DNA from: an uncultured Clostridia bacterium
Lineage (GTDB): Bacteria; Bacillota; Clostridia; Oscillospirales; Ruminococcaceae
Direction of reading: 5' to 3'
DNA length: 46,923 nt
Assembly (NCBI GenBank): GCA_945947715.1
Contig: CAMEYZ010000001.1
Location: 1-46,923, forward strand
Position 1 is the first letter of the stretch, and the number at the start of each line of letters is the position of its first letter. Both the position numbers and the translations under genes were made by a program. Shown piece after piece: positions 18,170 through 26,843 of this stretch. The notes under the pieces are model-generated. The model saw only the letters and a program-made list of their open reading frames with translations, was not told the origin of the DNA and ran no database searches.

Positions 18170-18775
18170 ATGGAAAAAATACCAACTAAAGACAGGATAT
18201 TAGATTCGGCGCTTACTCTGTTTTCCGAAAGAGGCTATGACGGTGTGGGAGTTGACCTTATTGCAGAAAATGCGGGGATAAAGGGCCCGTCCCTTTATAA
18301 GCATTTCAAGGGCAAGGAGGATATACTGGACTCGCTTATCGAAAAGGTTGAAAGCTACTATCAGGACAATTTCGGTTCGGTTTTAAGTCCTGGAAAAATC
18401 CCGGGCTCAATGGACGAGCTGATAACCTTGTCGCTTAAAAGGATAGAGTTTACTCTCCATGACCCAATGATAAAAAAGGTCAGAAGAATGCTTACTATGG
18501 AGCAGTTTCGAAATCATCGGATTGCACTGCTTACCACAAAGTACAACATCGACAGCGTACAGGAAATATATCATAAGCTATTTCAGGCGATGATGGACAA
18601 CGGTATTATGAGAAAAACTGACCCTGCATTGCTTGCGATGTCCTTTGCAGCGCCCGTTTCGCTCCTTATCCAGATGTGCGACCGTGAGCCGGAACGGGAG
18701 CAGGAGGCTATGGAACGTGCTAAAGAATATTTCCGCTATTTTGCAGATGAATATGATGTGAAAACCAAACAGTAA
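18170..18775 (+). CDS. TetR/AcrR-family transcriptional regulator
   Basis: TKDRILDSALTLFSERGYDGVGVDLIAENAGIKGPSLYKHFKGKEDIL. AAGGAG lies 9 nt upstream of ATG 18170, which I prefer over TTG 18131. Confidence 0.88.
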   Translation: MEKIPTKDRILDSALTLFSERGYDGVGVDLIAENAGIKGPSLYKHFKGKEDILDSLIEKVESYYQDNFGSVLSPGKIPGSMDELITLSLKRIEFTLHDPMIKKVRRMLTMEQFRNHRIALLTTKYNIDSVQEIYHKLFQAMMDNGIMRKTDPALLAMSFAAPVSLLIQMCDREPEREQEAMERAKEYFRYFADEYDVKTKQ

Positions 18776-18996
18776 TAAGGATTGCCTTATACGCTTTTAT
18801 TTACCCCCTCGATTTGTAATTACGATGATTTCCTGCCACGTAAAGCTAACGAACGTTTTCTTTTATTATACCACCGTATTCTTATCCTGTCAATAAAAAA
18901 ATTAGTGATTATATATCTACTTATTTTTAGCGTGAGGCTGTCACACTACAACGGATAATTTTCAAATGTTATCTTCTGATTGTAATAGAGAAAACT

Positions 18997-19042
18997 CGAA
19001 AAAGGTAAGAGGCTGCTGCAGAATATCCTGCAACAGCCCCTC
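18997..19042 (-). terminator. Intrinsic terminator after the GH5 gene
   Basis: Minus strand GAGGGGCTGTTGCAG-loop-CTGCAGCAGCCTC followed by a T-rich tail. Confidence 0.75.
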
Positions 19043-19066
19043 ATAGGAAAAATCAAAAGGTCAGTA

Positions 19067-20023
19067 TCATAAATATTTTATTAGCTCGCTTCTTACGCTG
19101 TCCATTCTGTTGTCAGAAAGTCCGAAATTCATTTCCTTGTAGCTCCATGTCGCACGGGAAATTCCCAGCTTTTCAAAGGCGCCATTTATCGCTTTGTACC
19201 ATTTCAGAACGTCCTCAGGACGAGCATTTTCGATAACGCCGTATTCTCCGCAGTAGAGAACAGTTCCGTTTTTCTTTGCAGCTTCATAGGCGCGGCTGAA
19301 TCTTTCGATGAAAAACTCGGGAGTTACAGGAGGCTCGCACTGGTCGAAGCTCATGCGGAAAGAGGTGTCCATTCCCTCGTACCAGTATGCTCCCTGATGT
19401 GTGAAGTTCATCGGGTCGTAGCAGTGGAAGTTGTATACCACCTTATCATCATATGGTGCATCAAGATCGGGAACAGCATCGGGGCTGTTCTGCCAGTAGC
19501 CGCCTACCAGTATCACCGTATCGGGAGCATATTTACGGATACGTTCGATACAGTTGCGGGCTATTCCATTCCATATTGGTCCGAAGCTTTGCTCGGTGAC
19601 CTCGTTTAAAAGCTCAAAGGCAATGGTTCCGTCACTTACAGCATAGCGCTCTGCAAGCTTCTCCCACAGTTTGTAAAACCGCTCCCACAGCAGCGGACTA
19701 TCAAAGAATCCGCTTTCATTTTCGCCCTTGTCAAAGGAGTAGCCTGCGGTCTTGTGCAGGTCTATGATGATATTAAGACCTGCGCTTCTGCACCATTTTA
19801 TTGCATTGTCAATATAGGTGAAGCCCTTTTCGATATAATTGCCCTTTTCGTCCTCGATAAGCTCATAATCTATGGGCAGACGGACATGATCTGCCTGCCA
19901 TGAGGCTATTTTTTTTATGTCCTTCTCTGTGATGAAGCTGTCATAATGCTCATAGGTATGCTCGCACTGAGACAGCCAGCCGCCGAGATTTACTCCCTTT
20001 TTAAAGCCTGTAAAATTATTCAT
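19067..20023 (-). CDS. Glycoside hydrolase family 5 (cellulase-type beta-glucanase), no signal peptide
   Basis: GVNLGGWL, HVRLPIDY, acid/base FELLNEV, nucleophile region LYCGEYGV. The N-terminus lacks a hydrophobic leader. Confidence 0.88.
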   Translation of the reverse strand: MNNFTGFKKGVNLGGWLSQCEHTYEHYDSFITEKDIKKIASWQADHVRLPIDYELIEDEKGNYIEKGFTYIDNAIKWCRSAGLNIIIDLHKTAGYSFDKGENESGFFDSPLLWERFYKLWEKLAERYAVSDGTIAFELLNEVTEQSFGPIWNGIARNCIERIRKYAPDTVILVGGYWQNSPDAVPDLDAPYDDKVVYNFHCYDPMNFTHQGAYWYEGMDTSFRMSFDQCEPPVTPEFFIERFSRAYEAAKKNGTVLYCGEYGVIENARPEDVLKWYKAINGAFEKLGISRATWSYKEMNFGLSDNRMDSVRSELIKYL

Positions 20024-20041
20024 TCGATTATCCTTTCGTTC

Positions 20042-21454
20042 TTAGAAATTTTCCTCTATCTGCTTATTAAGCTCGTCCACTGTCTGCTGGGTAAGACCTA
20101 TCATGTTTTCTCTTGTTACCGCCCAGTCAGAGCCATTGAAGGAAGCCTGCTTCAGACCGTCGTCAACAATAGCTGCAACGTCGGCGGGAAGTCCCATATG
20201 TAAGCTTACCACAGGATTTTCATCGGTCATTGCTCTTACAGTGTACCACATTTCAAACATTTCGTCGGTCCAGCCGTAATCCTCGCGGTACTGCTTTTCG
20301 GTGATTGCCAATGCGCTTTCGTCCTTTTCAGCGATGAGCTTGCACTTGATGAAGGCTGCAGCTCCCTCGGGGTTAAGTGCGCCCTTGCAGAGAGCATATG
20401 CGTCCATGTTTGCGGGGAGGTAATACTTGTCAGCCTCGGGGTCCTTAGGCATGGGAACGAACATTATCTCATCAGGCTTGCCGAACTTGGAGAGATCTGC
20501 TTCCCACAGCGCCCATGTTGCGCAGGGCCAGAACAGGGTCTTGCCCTCGCTTATTCTCTGAGGCTGCTCGGTCCAGTCGTATTCAGCCTTTGGAAGAGGA
20601 AGATCGTCCTTTTTCAGATTATACATGAAGTTTTCCGCACGCTCCACCTCTGCGGATGCGAGATTATTTTTAACGAGGCCGTTTTCCATGCTTATGGGAG
20701 CAACGCCTGTTGTAAGAATGAACTGAGTCTCGAAATACCAGCTGTCATATGCGAACTTGTCATCGTCACGGTTGCAGTATTCAAGGCACATTTCTCTGAA
20801 GGTATCCCATGTCCAGTTGCCCTCGGCAAGAAGCTCAGCAGGGTCAGCAAGACCGTTTTCCTCGATGGTCTTCTTGTTGTATATCATAAGGCACTTGGAA
20901 TCTGTGGCAACGGGAGCAACATAATGCTTTCCTCCGAGAACATGGGCTTCGGCAAGCTTTTTCGTACCCTCAGTCCACAGGTCGCTGTCAAAATCAAGAT
21001 AATCGTCAAAGGGCTGGAACATTCCGTCAACGACCTTGCTGGGGAAGGTGTCAAATTCCTGGGCAGGGAACAGGTCGGGAGATGTGCCGCCGAGAACATT
21101 GGTGGAAAGGTCGCTGTAGCGGTTTTCCCATGTGGTGGGTATCCACTCCACGCTTCCGCCGTACTTGGACTCGAAAAGCTCCAGTGCGAACATTTTCGGC
21201 TTGCCCTTGTCGGGGTTGATGTCATAGGTTGCAAGCCATCTTATCTTGCCGTTTTCAAGCTTTTCGTCCTCGCCGATGTCAACCTCCGCAACAGCTGCCT
21301 TGTCCTCCTCGTCGAGCTCCTTGGGAGCGGTGGTCGCCGAGGTCTCGGTGGGAGCTTCGGACACGGACTGCTCGGAGCTGCTTCCACATGCTGTCATTGA
21401 GCCGATAAGTGCGAGGGCTGCTGCAAATGCGATTGATCTTTTTACGTTTTTCAT
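20042..21454 (-). CDS. ABC-transporter extracellular sugar-binding lipoprotein
   Basis: Lipobox LIGSMTAC-GSS after a signal peptide. 470-aa family-1 SBP-like sequence. RBS AAGGAG. 18 nt upstream of the GH5 gene. Confidence 0.8.
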   Translation of the reverse strand: MKNVKRSIAFAAALALIGSMTACGSSSEQSVSEAPTETSATTAPKELDEEDKAAVAEVDIGEDEKLENGKIRWLATYDINPDKGKPKMFALELFESKYGGSVEWIPTTWENRYSDLSTNVLGGTSPDLFPAQEFDTFPSKVVDGMFQPFDDYLDFDSDLWTEGTKKLAEAHVLGGKHYVAPVATDSKCLMIYNKKTIEENGLADPAELLAEGNWTWDTFREMCLEYCNRDDDKFAYDSWYFETQFILTTGVAPISMENGLVKNNLASAEVERAENFMYNLKKDDLPLPKAEYDWTEQPQRISEGKTLFWPCATWALWEADLSKFGKPDEIMFVPMPKDPEADKYYLPANMDAYALCKGALNPEGAAAFIKCKLIAEKDESALAITEKQYREDYGWTDEMFEMWYTVRAMTDENPVVSLHMGLPADVAAIVDDGLKQASFNGSDWAVTRENMIGLTQQTVDELNKQIEENF

Positions 21455-21563
21455 AATATCTTCTCCTTACATGGTGATGTATTTGCCGTGTTATTGTACT
21501 TATAATTTACCATACCCCAAAGGAAATCTATATTAATTTTTTGCTTTTTATATCAAAACTTTG

Positions 21564-21592
21564 TTGCAATTTTGTTTTCTATGGTGTATAAT
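21564..21592 (+). promoter_or_regulatory. Sigma-A promoter for the AraC-family gene
   Basis: TTGCAA - 17 nt - TATAAT, 20 nt upstream of ATG 21613. Confidence 0.5.
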
Positions 21593-21612
21593 GTGATTAA
21601 GGAGATGATACT

Positions 21613-22374
21613 ATGCCCCAATCGGAAAAGGAGCTCACCTACAAAGCCTTTCTGAATAGAGAATATGCCTTCAGACATTCTCCCTTTGAAAAGGAGTTTG
21701 AGTTCTACGACTGCGTAAAAAGCGGTGATACTGAGGGAGTAAAGCGTCTTATGACCCCTCTGGGAGGCAGCGGTACAGGTGTGCTGTCCGAGGACCCTAT
21801 GCGTAATCTCAGGTATCATTTTATCGTCACCGTTGCCATGATAACACGCTTCTGCGTTGAGGGCGGCATGGAAATGGAAAGTGCATATACTCTCAGCGAT
21901 TTATACATCTTAAAAGCGGATAAATGCACAACGCCCGAGGAGATACATGCTCTGCACAGTGAGGCTATCATGGATTTTACTGTGCAGATGAACAGGATAG
22001 CTCACGGGACAATATATTCCAAGCCCGTTATTATGACCATGGATTACATATATGATAATCTTCACTCGAAGATATCTGAAAAGGATATAGCCGAATATGT
22101 GGCGCTGAGCACTTCCTATCTGTCGCGACTTTTCCGCAGAGAGGTGGGCGTGACCATAAGCACATATATAGCTGTAAAGCGTGTGGAAACTGCGCAGAAT
22201 ATGCTGAAATATTCGGATTATTCTCCGCTGGATATCGGGAATTATCTGGCCTTTAACTCACACAGCCATTTTATCAGCACCTTTAAAAAATATACGGGCA
22301 TGACTCCCAATGAATTTCGAAAAAAATATTTCCGCTCTAACTGGGGAGATGAAGCTCACAAAAGGTCAAAATGA
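21613..22374 (+). CDS. AraC-family transcriptional regulator
   Basis: C-terminal double HTH: IAEYVALSTSYLSRLFRREVG...LDIGNYLAFNSHSHFISTFKKYTGMTPNEFR. Confidence 0.88.
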   Translation: MPQSEKELTYKAFLNREYAFRHSPFEKEFEFYDCVKSGDTEGVKRLMTPLGGSGTGVLSEDPMRNLRYHFIVTVAMITRFCVEGGMEMESAYTLSDLYILKADKCTTPEEIHALHSEAIMDFTVQMNRIAHGTIYSKPVIMTMDYIYDNLHSKISEKDIAEYVALSTSYLSRLFRREVGVTISTYIAVKRVETAQNMLKYSDYSPLDIGNYLAFNSHSHFISTFKKYTGMTPNEFRKKYFRSNWGDEAHKRSK

Positions 22375-22462
22375 CGATGTGAAAATCAAAATTATGATAT
22401 ACGAATTTCTTGAAAAAAGGTATACTATGTGAAAAGAAAATAGTTGAATCGGAGGAATTATT

Positions 22463-23239
22463 ATGGATAAAAGAAGGATCATCGCAGCGTTTCTTGCAGC
22501 AGCTTCATGTGCGGCAGTGCTCTGCTCCTGCGGAGAAAAGTCCGAAAAGCCGCAGGTCATCGAAGCTACTTCATCTGCAGAAATCGAGGATATTTCAGAT
22601 GTAACCTTTACAAATGGCAGCTCATCATTGTTCGAGCCTGCGGACGGTTGGTGCAATGGCAGCATGTTTAACGTAACATGGCGCAAGGAAAACTGCACAT
22701 TTGAAAATGGAAAAATGCAGCTGATCATCGACACTGACTCAAAGGCAGGAACTGTTCCATATTCGGGAGGAGAGTACCGCTCAAAGGATTTTTATGGCTA
22801 TGGCCGCTATGAGGTCAGTATGAAGGCTATCAAAAATGACGGTGTGGTGTCCTCGTTCTTTACATATACGGGGCCTTCGGACAACAATCCCTGGGACGAG
22901 ATAGATATTGAGATTCTGGGCAAGGATACCACCAAGGTACAGTTCAACTACTTCACAAATGGTGTGGGAAATCATGAATATCTGTATGACCTGGGCTTTG
23001 ATTCCTCGGAGGATTTTCACAGCTACGCCTTTGAATGGCACAAGGACAGCATCTCATGGTTTGTGGACGGTGAGGAGGTTTATTCCGTCTCGGAGAATAT
23101 CCCTGTGACCGAAAGTAAGATAATGATGAACGCATGGTGCGGCACAGGTGTGGACGGCTGGCTGAGTGCCTTTGATGACAGCAGTCTCCCTCTCACTGCC
23201 GAATATGAAAGAATATCATTTACGCCCTTTGATGAATGA
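22463..23239 (+). CDS. Glycoside hydrolase family 16 beta-glucanase (lichenase/laminarinase type), lipoprotein
   Basis: Catalytic EIDIE motif within WDEIDIEILG (22898-22912). Lipobox-like LCSC-GEKS. RBS GGAGGA. Confidence 0.9.
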   Translation: MDKRRIIAAFLAAASCAAVLCSCGEKSEKPQVIEATSSAEIEDISDVTFTNGSSSLFEPADGWCNGSMFNVTWRKENCTFENGKMQLIIDTDSKAGTVPYSGGEYRSKDFYGYGRYEVSMKAIKNDGVVSSFFTYTGPSDNNPWDEIDIEILGKDTTKVQFNYFTNGVGNHEYLYDLGFDSSEDFHSYAFEWHKDSISWFVDGEEVYSVSENIPVTESKIMMNAWCGTGVDGWLSAFDDSSLPLTAEYERISFTPFDE

Positions 23240-23253
23240 GTTGGAGTGCGGAT

Positions 23254-23300
23254 AAAAAATGAAGGCGTATCGAAAAAAGGACGATACGCCTTCATTGATA
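23254..23300. terminator. Hairpin terminator between the convergent GH16 gene and the small RHH-like gene
   Basis: Perfect 14-bp stem ATGAAGGCGTATCG / CGATACGCCTTCAT, with an A-run upstream and a T-rich stretch downstream. Confidence 0.75.
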
Positions 23301-23301
23301 A

Positions 23302-23514
23302 TTATTTTTCTGCGTGAAGCCTTTCCAGCTCAGCTGAATATTCATCAAGCCTTTCCATGACGAATTTTTTGAGAATAGCAGCGGGAGTGGTGTTATGAGC
23401 GGTGCAGTATTCTTTGAATAGCTCTGCGTCCTCTCTGCGCAGGCGGCAGGTCACAGAGCGCATATTTTCCTTATCCCACTTGCGGGCATATTGCTTTTGC
23501 TTTTCGGATACCAT
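23302..23514 (-). CDS. Small (70 aa) ribbon-helix-helix-like protein
   Basis: KENMRSVTCRLRREDAELFKEYCTAHNTTPAAILKKFVMERL fits a beta-strand plus two helices, as in a CopG/Arc RHH. RBS AAGGAG 9 nt upstream. Confidence 0.55.
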   Translation of the reverse strand: MVSEKQKQYARKWDKENMRSVTCRLRREDAELFKEYCTAHNTTPAAILKKFVMERLDEYSAELERLHAEK

Positions 23515-23535
23515 ATTTTTATGCTCCTTTGATGC

Positions 23536-24144
23536 TCAGATGATAGCTTTTAACCAGTTATCGAGAAAAGCAAGCTGTTCTTCTGTATGAAACCAATGCT
23601 CTCCATTTTCCATAACCGTTAATGATGAATTGGTTGCTCCGGCAAATCCGGATACAGTTTCGTATGAGGTCAGGCTGTCCTTCCCGGCGTACAGAATATC
23701 AGTTTTTGTATTCCATACTATCGGATTGGCTCTGACATAGCACAGATAATCCCAGGATAACGTTTCTCCGAATGAGGTCTTTATCTCCTGCTTATCCTGA
23801 AGCTCCTGTTTTGTCACTCCGGCCCACAGCATCATATCTGAAATTAGCCTTTCCATATTTACAATGGGAGAAATGAAAAATGCTCTTTCAAGCTCCTTAT
23901 CAGATAAAGCATTCATAGTGAAGTATGCGCCTATACTGTTTGCAATGATGATAACAGAGTCATATTTGCTGTGCAGCAGCTCATACTCAGCACGGAGCTC
24001 TTCTCTTGTTTCCCACGGAGTAAAGGTCTTGTAGTCAAGTCCAAGGACATCACAGTCTGTAAAAAATTTTTTGTAGCGTTCAGCTTCCTGTGCATTTCCG
24101 CCCTTTCCGTGTATGTATAATACCACTTTTGACAATGCAATCAC
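23536..24144 (-). CDS. Alpha/beta-fold hydrolase (small, 202 aa)
   Basis: VVLYIHGKGGN oxyanion-type start. Nucleophile elbow IIANSIGAY. C-terminal NGEHWFH. The start codon is uncertain (GTG). Confidence 0.65.
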   Translation of the reverse strand: MIALSKVVLYIHGKGGNAQEAERYKKFFTDCDVLGLDYKTFTPWETREELRAEYELLHSKYDSVIIIANSIGAYFTMNALSDKELERAFFISPIVNMERLISDMMLWAGVTKQELQDKQEIKTSFGETLSWDYLCYVRANPIVWNTKTDILYAGKDSLTSYETVSGFAGATNSSLTVMENGEHWFHTEEQLAFLDNWLKAII

Positions 24145-24365
24145 TCTTTTCTACATAGGATAAATATTCACATAAACAGTATACCACACATTTGATACTG
24201 TTGATAGTATTACATTGTACAAACTTATACGCAATAGTTTGTGGAAAATTGATATTACAGAATGCTGAGCAAGTGATAGCTTTTAGGAGTAATCTATTTC
24301 AGCAAAAAAAATCGAGAAATATTTTTCGGAATGAAGTATACTGAGATCATTGGGAGGGATGAAGA

Positions 24366-25259
24366 GTGAACGAGATCGTAAAAGCTGTTCAGCGAATGCA
24401 GGACTGCATTTCAGAGCATATCAACGAGAAAATAACCATGGCGGAGCTTGCCCGTGCGGCAATGTTTTCTCCGTGGTATTCATATCGTATATTCAAGGAG
24501 CAGACGGGGCTTACTCCTTCGGATTATATCCGAAGGCTGAGACTCTCACGCTCGGCGATGCGGCTAAAAAACGAGGACGTCCGAGTCGCGGATATTGCTT
24601 TTGAGATGGGCTTCGGAAGCGTGGACGGCTATCAGAGAGCGTTTCTGCGTGAGTTCGGCTGTAATCCGAAGGAATACGCAAAAAATCCTGTCCCGATAAC
24701 GTTATTTATTCCCTATGGAGTGAAGTTCAGAGAGCTGAGAAAGGAGTCTGATAGTATGGAAAATGTCAGAAATGTATTTATTCAGGTGATACACAAGCCT
24801 GAAAGAAAGGCTGTTATCAAGCGGGGAGTTAAGGCGGAGGATTATTTTGAATACTGCGAAGAGGTGGGCTGCGATGTGTGGGGACTGCTTATGAGCATGG
24901 ATTCTCTATGCGGTGAGCCTGTCTGCATGTGGCTTCCGGAGAAATTCCGCAAAAACGGTACGTCAGTATATGTTCAGGGAGTCGAAGTACCGAAGGATTT
25001 TGACGGTACAGTTCCTGAGGGCTTTGATGTGATAACCCTTCCTGAGTGCGATTATCTCATGTTTCAGGGTGAGCCCTTTGAAGAGGAGGAATACTGCAAT
25101 GCAATAACAGCAGTTCAGCAGTCAATGGATAACTATTCTCCTGAGCTTATCGGATATGAATGGGACGACGCGAATCCCCGCATACAGCTTGAACCTATTG
25201 GAGAACGGGGATATATCGAGCTGAAAGCGGTCCGCCGCAGAAATAAAATACCTGAATAA
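24366..25259 (+). CDS. AraC-family regulator with C-terminal GyrI-like effector-binding domain
   Basis: N-terminal AraC HTH pair (ITMAELARAAMFSPWYSYRIFKEQTGLTPSDYIRRLRL..., ADIAFEMGFGSVDGYQRAFLREFGCNP) and a roughly 170-aa C-terminal domain. GTG start with GGGAGGG 7 nt upstream. Confidence 0.8.
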   Translation: MNEIVKAVQRMQDCISEHINEKITMAELARAAMFSPWYSYRIFKEQTGLTPSDYIRRLRLSRSAMRLKNEDVRVADIAFEMGFGSVDGYQRAFLREFGCNPKEYAKNPVPITLFIPYGVKFRELRKESDSMENVRNVFIQVIHKPERKAVIKRGVKAEDYFEYCEEVGCDVWGLLMSMDSLCGEPVCMWLPEKFRKNGTSVYVQGVEVPKDFDGTVPEGFDVITLPECDYLMFQGEPFEEEEYCNAITAVQQSMDNYSPELIGYEWDDANPRIQLEPIGERGYIELKAVRRRNKIPE

Positions 25260-25269
25260 CTCTATGAAC

Positions 25270-25302
25270 GGGGCCTTTGAGAGATCAAAGGCTCCTTTTT
25301 TG
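25270..25302 (+). terminator. Intrinsic terminator after the AraC/GyrI gene (left boundary of the candidate operon)
   Basis: GGGGCCTTTGA-gaga-TCAAAGGCTCC followed by T6. Confidence 0.85.
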
Positions 25303-25451
25303 TTGATGATTTATGGGATAGCATAGCCTGTTGACTGTGGACATACAGTCATCAGATTTTTTTCAGATTTGAAAAAAAATCACGCGGACGGTATGGTATT
25401 ATTATTTCAGCAAAGAAATATGGCAGAGAATAATTCATGGAGGTCGGTCCG

Positions 25452-26840
25452 ATGAACAGCTATGATGAGCCCTGTAGGAGCATATTCAAGCGTTATCCCG
25501 ATTCGGTATTTTTTGACGCGGACAGTGCTGTGAGAAAGTGCATGAAGGGTATATCCGATGCTGAGCTTTCGGAATATGTGGGAAGGTTCACTTCCTATTT
25601 TGTGATACATCAAAGCGGAGTGGTTTCTCTTCTGGAAACAGTTTTTTCGTACATGACGGTCCTTCTGATGTACCGCGGAGAGGATGAGCTTATAAAAAAG
25701 CTGATGCCGTTTAACAGCGCGGAAAAATCAGCATATATGAAGCTGACTCCCTCTGATATTTCCAGGACAAATATACTTAGCATGCTTATGCTATGCTGTA
25801 TGAAAAAAACTGACGAGGTATTCTGCAAGCGGCTTATTGATATGTGGATAGGGATAGATATGATCGAAAGGGAAAAGGATGTTATCCTTGCTGATGAGGC
25901 GGAGTTTATCCTTCATCCCCTTTATCCGCTGATGCTCACCGAAAGCTTTGAGCTGGTGAGATACTACGCAGACAGATTTCAGGAGGAAAGGCGCAGGGCA
26001 GGAAAAGCGCACTTTGACAACAGATATTACCGAGGTTATGTGGAGTCTGCGATATACTACCGTCAGAAGGAGTTTCTTAGGGTCCTCTGCGACAGCGGAT
26101 ATGACCCCTCCTTCAGCGAAAACACTCTTGCATATATTCTGTCTGACAGAGCCAATGTTGAGTATATTTCCGACATCTGGGAGGTGCGTGAAATCGGGCT
26201 CTTGGAGGACGATATCACGCAGAAAGCTCCGGATAAGCATTATCTGAACATAATGAGCATTGACCGGATAAGCCTGTTGGACAATCTATGCCGAAATTAC
26301 GGTGATGCTGGCTGCAGTGAGCTGTTCAAAACGATACCGCTGATAGATTCAGTTTACGAAAGAGACCTTGCGGCTGTTATTGATAAGCTTTCCGGTAATT
26401 ACGGACTTATTTCCGACAAGGAAAACGCCGAAAAAACAGAAAGGGCTTTCAATAAATACAGCACTGAAAATATCACTATTGTTATTCAGAACGGAAGAAA
26501 TATCCTGCGATTTGAAAAATATCTTAAGGATAAGAGCATTACCTACGATTTCAGCGATGACACTGAGCTCAGATGCATCACTTCTCCTTTCGTCAGAAAT
26601 GAGCCGATTGGAAGGCTGGTAAGATTCTTTTCAAAGGGGCAGTTCATCTTCAATACAGAAAAGCTGTCCCTGTTTACCGCCGAGCTGCTGTTGAGAAATA
26701 GTGCCGCTCTGACGAAGGCTCTTGTCATGAAGGGTGCTTTTTCTGAAAAAAACATCGGAGATGCTATAGACTTTGCCGTTGAAAACAAGCTGTACAACAG
26801 CCTTGATCAGATAAATAAATTCTATTTTCAGGAGGATTAG
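25452..26840 (+). CDS. Hypothetical alpha-helical repeat protein P1 (462 aa; possibly divergent ankyrin-like repeats)
   Basis: GGAGG lies 8 nt upstream of ATG 25452; the 25437 ATG sits inside that RBS. I see no catalytic motif. Segments such as AIYYRQKEFLRVLCDSGYDP and ALVMKGAFSEKNIGDAIDFAVENKLYNSL resemble the ANK pattern. Confidence 0.7.
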   Translation: MNSYDEPCRSIFKRYPDSVFFDADSAVRKCMKGISDAELSEYVGRFTSYFVIHQSGVVSLLETVFSYMTVLLMYRGEDELIKKLMPFNSAEKSAYMKLTPSDISRTNILSMLMLCCMKKTDEVFCKRLIDMWIGIDMIEREKDVILADEAEFILHPLYPLMLTESFELVRYYADRFQEERRRAGKAHFDNRYYRGYVESAIYYRQKEFLRVLCDSGYDPSFSENTLAYILSDRANVEYISDIWEVREIGLLEDDITQKAPDKHYLNIMSIDRISLLDNLCRNYGDAGCSELFKTIPLIDSVYERDLAAVIDKLSGNYGLISDKENAEKTERAFNKYSTENITIVIQNGRNILRFEKYLKDKSITYDFSDDTELRCITSPFVRNEPIGRLVRFFSKGQFIFNTEKLSLFTAELLLRNSAALTKALVMKGAFSEKNIGDAIDFAVENKLYNSLDQINKFYFQED

Positions 26841-26843
26841 ACC

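Noticed and set aside
18841-18862. Possible second tetR-2 operator downstream of tetR-2 (AAAGCTAACGAACGTTTT)
   Set aside because: It shares only a half-site (AAGCTAACG) plus the AACGTT core with the 18135-18150 palindrome. No downstream gene in the right orientation is available to be regulated. The evidence is too weak to call.
24350-24604. 84-aa ORF overlapping the start of the AraC/GyrI gene in another frame
   Set aside because: The alternative frame encodes a textbook AraC HTH and is served by the same RBS through GTG 24366. The 84-aa translation has no recognisable features.
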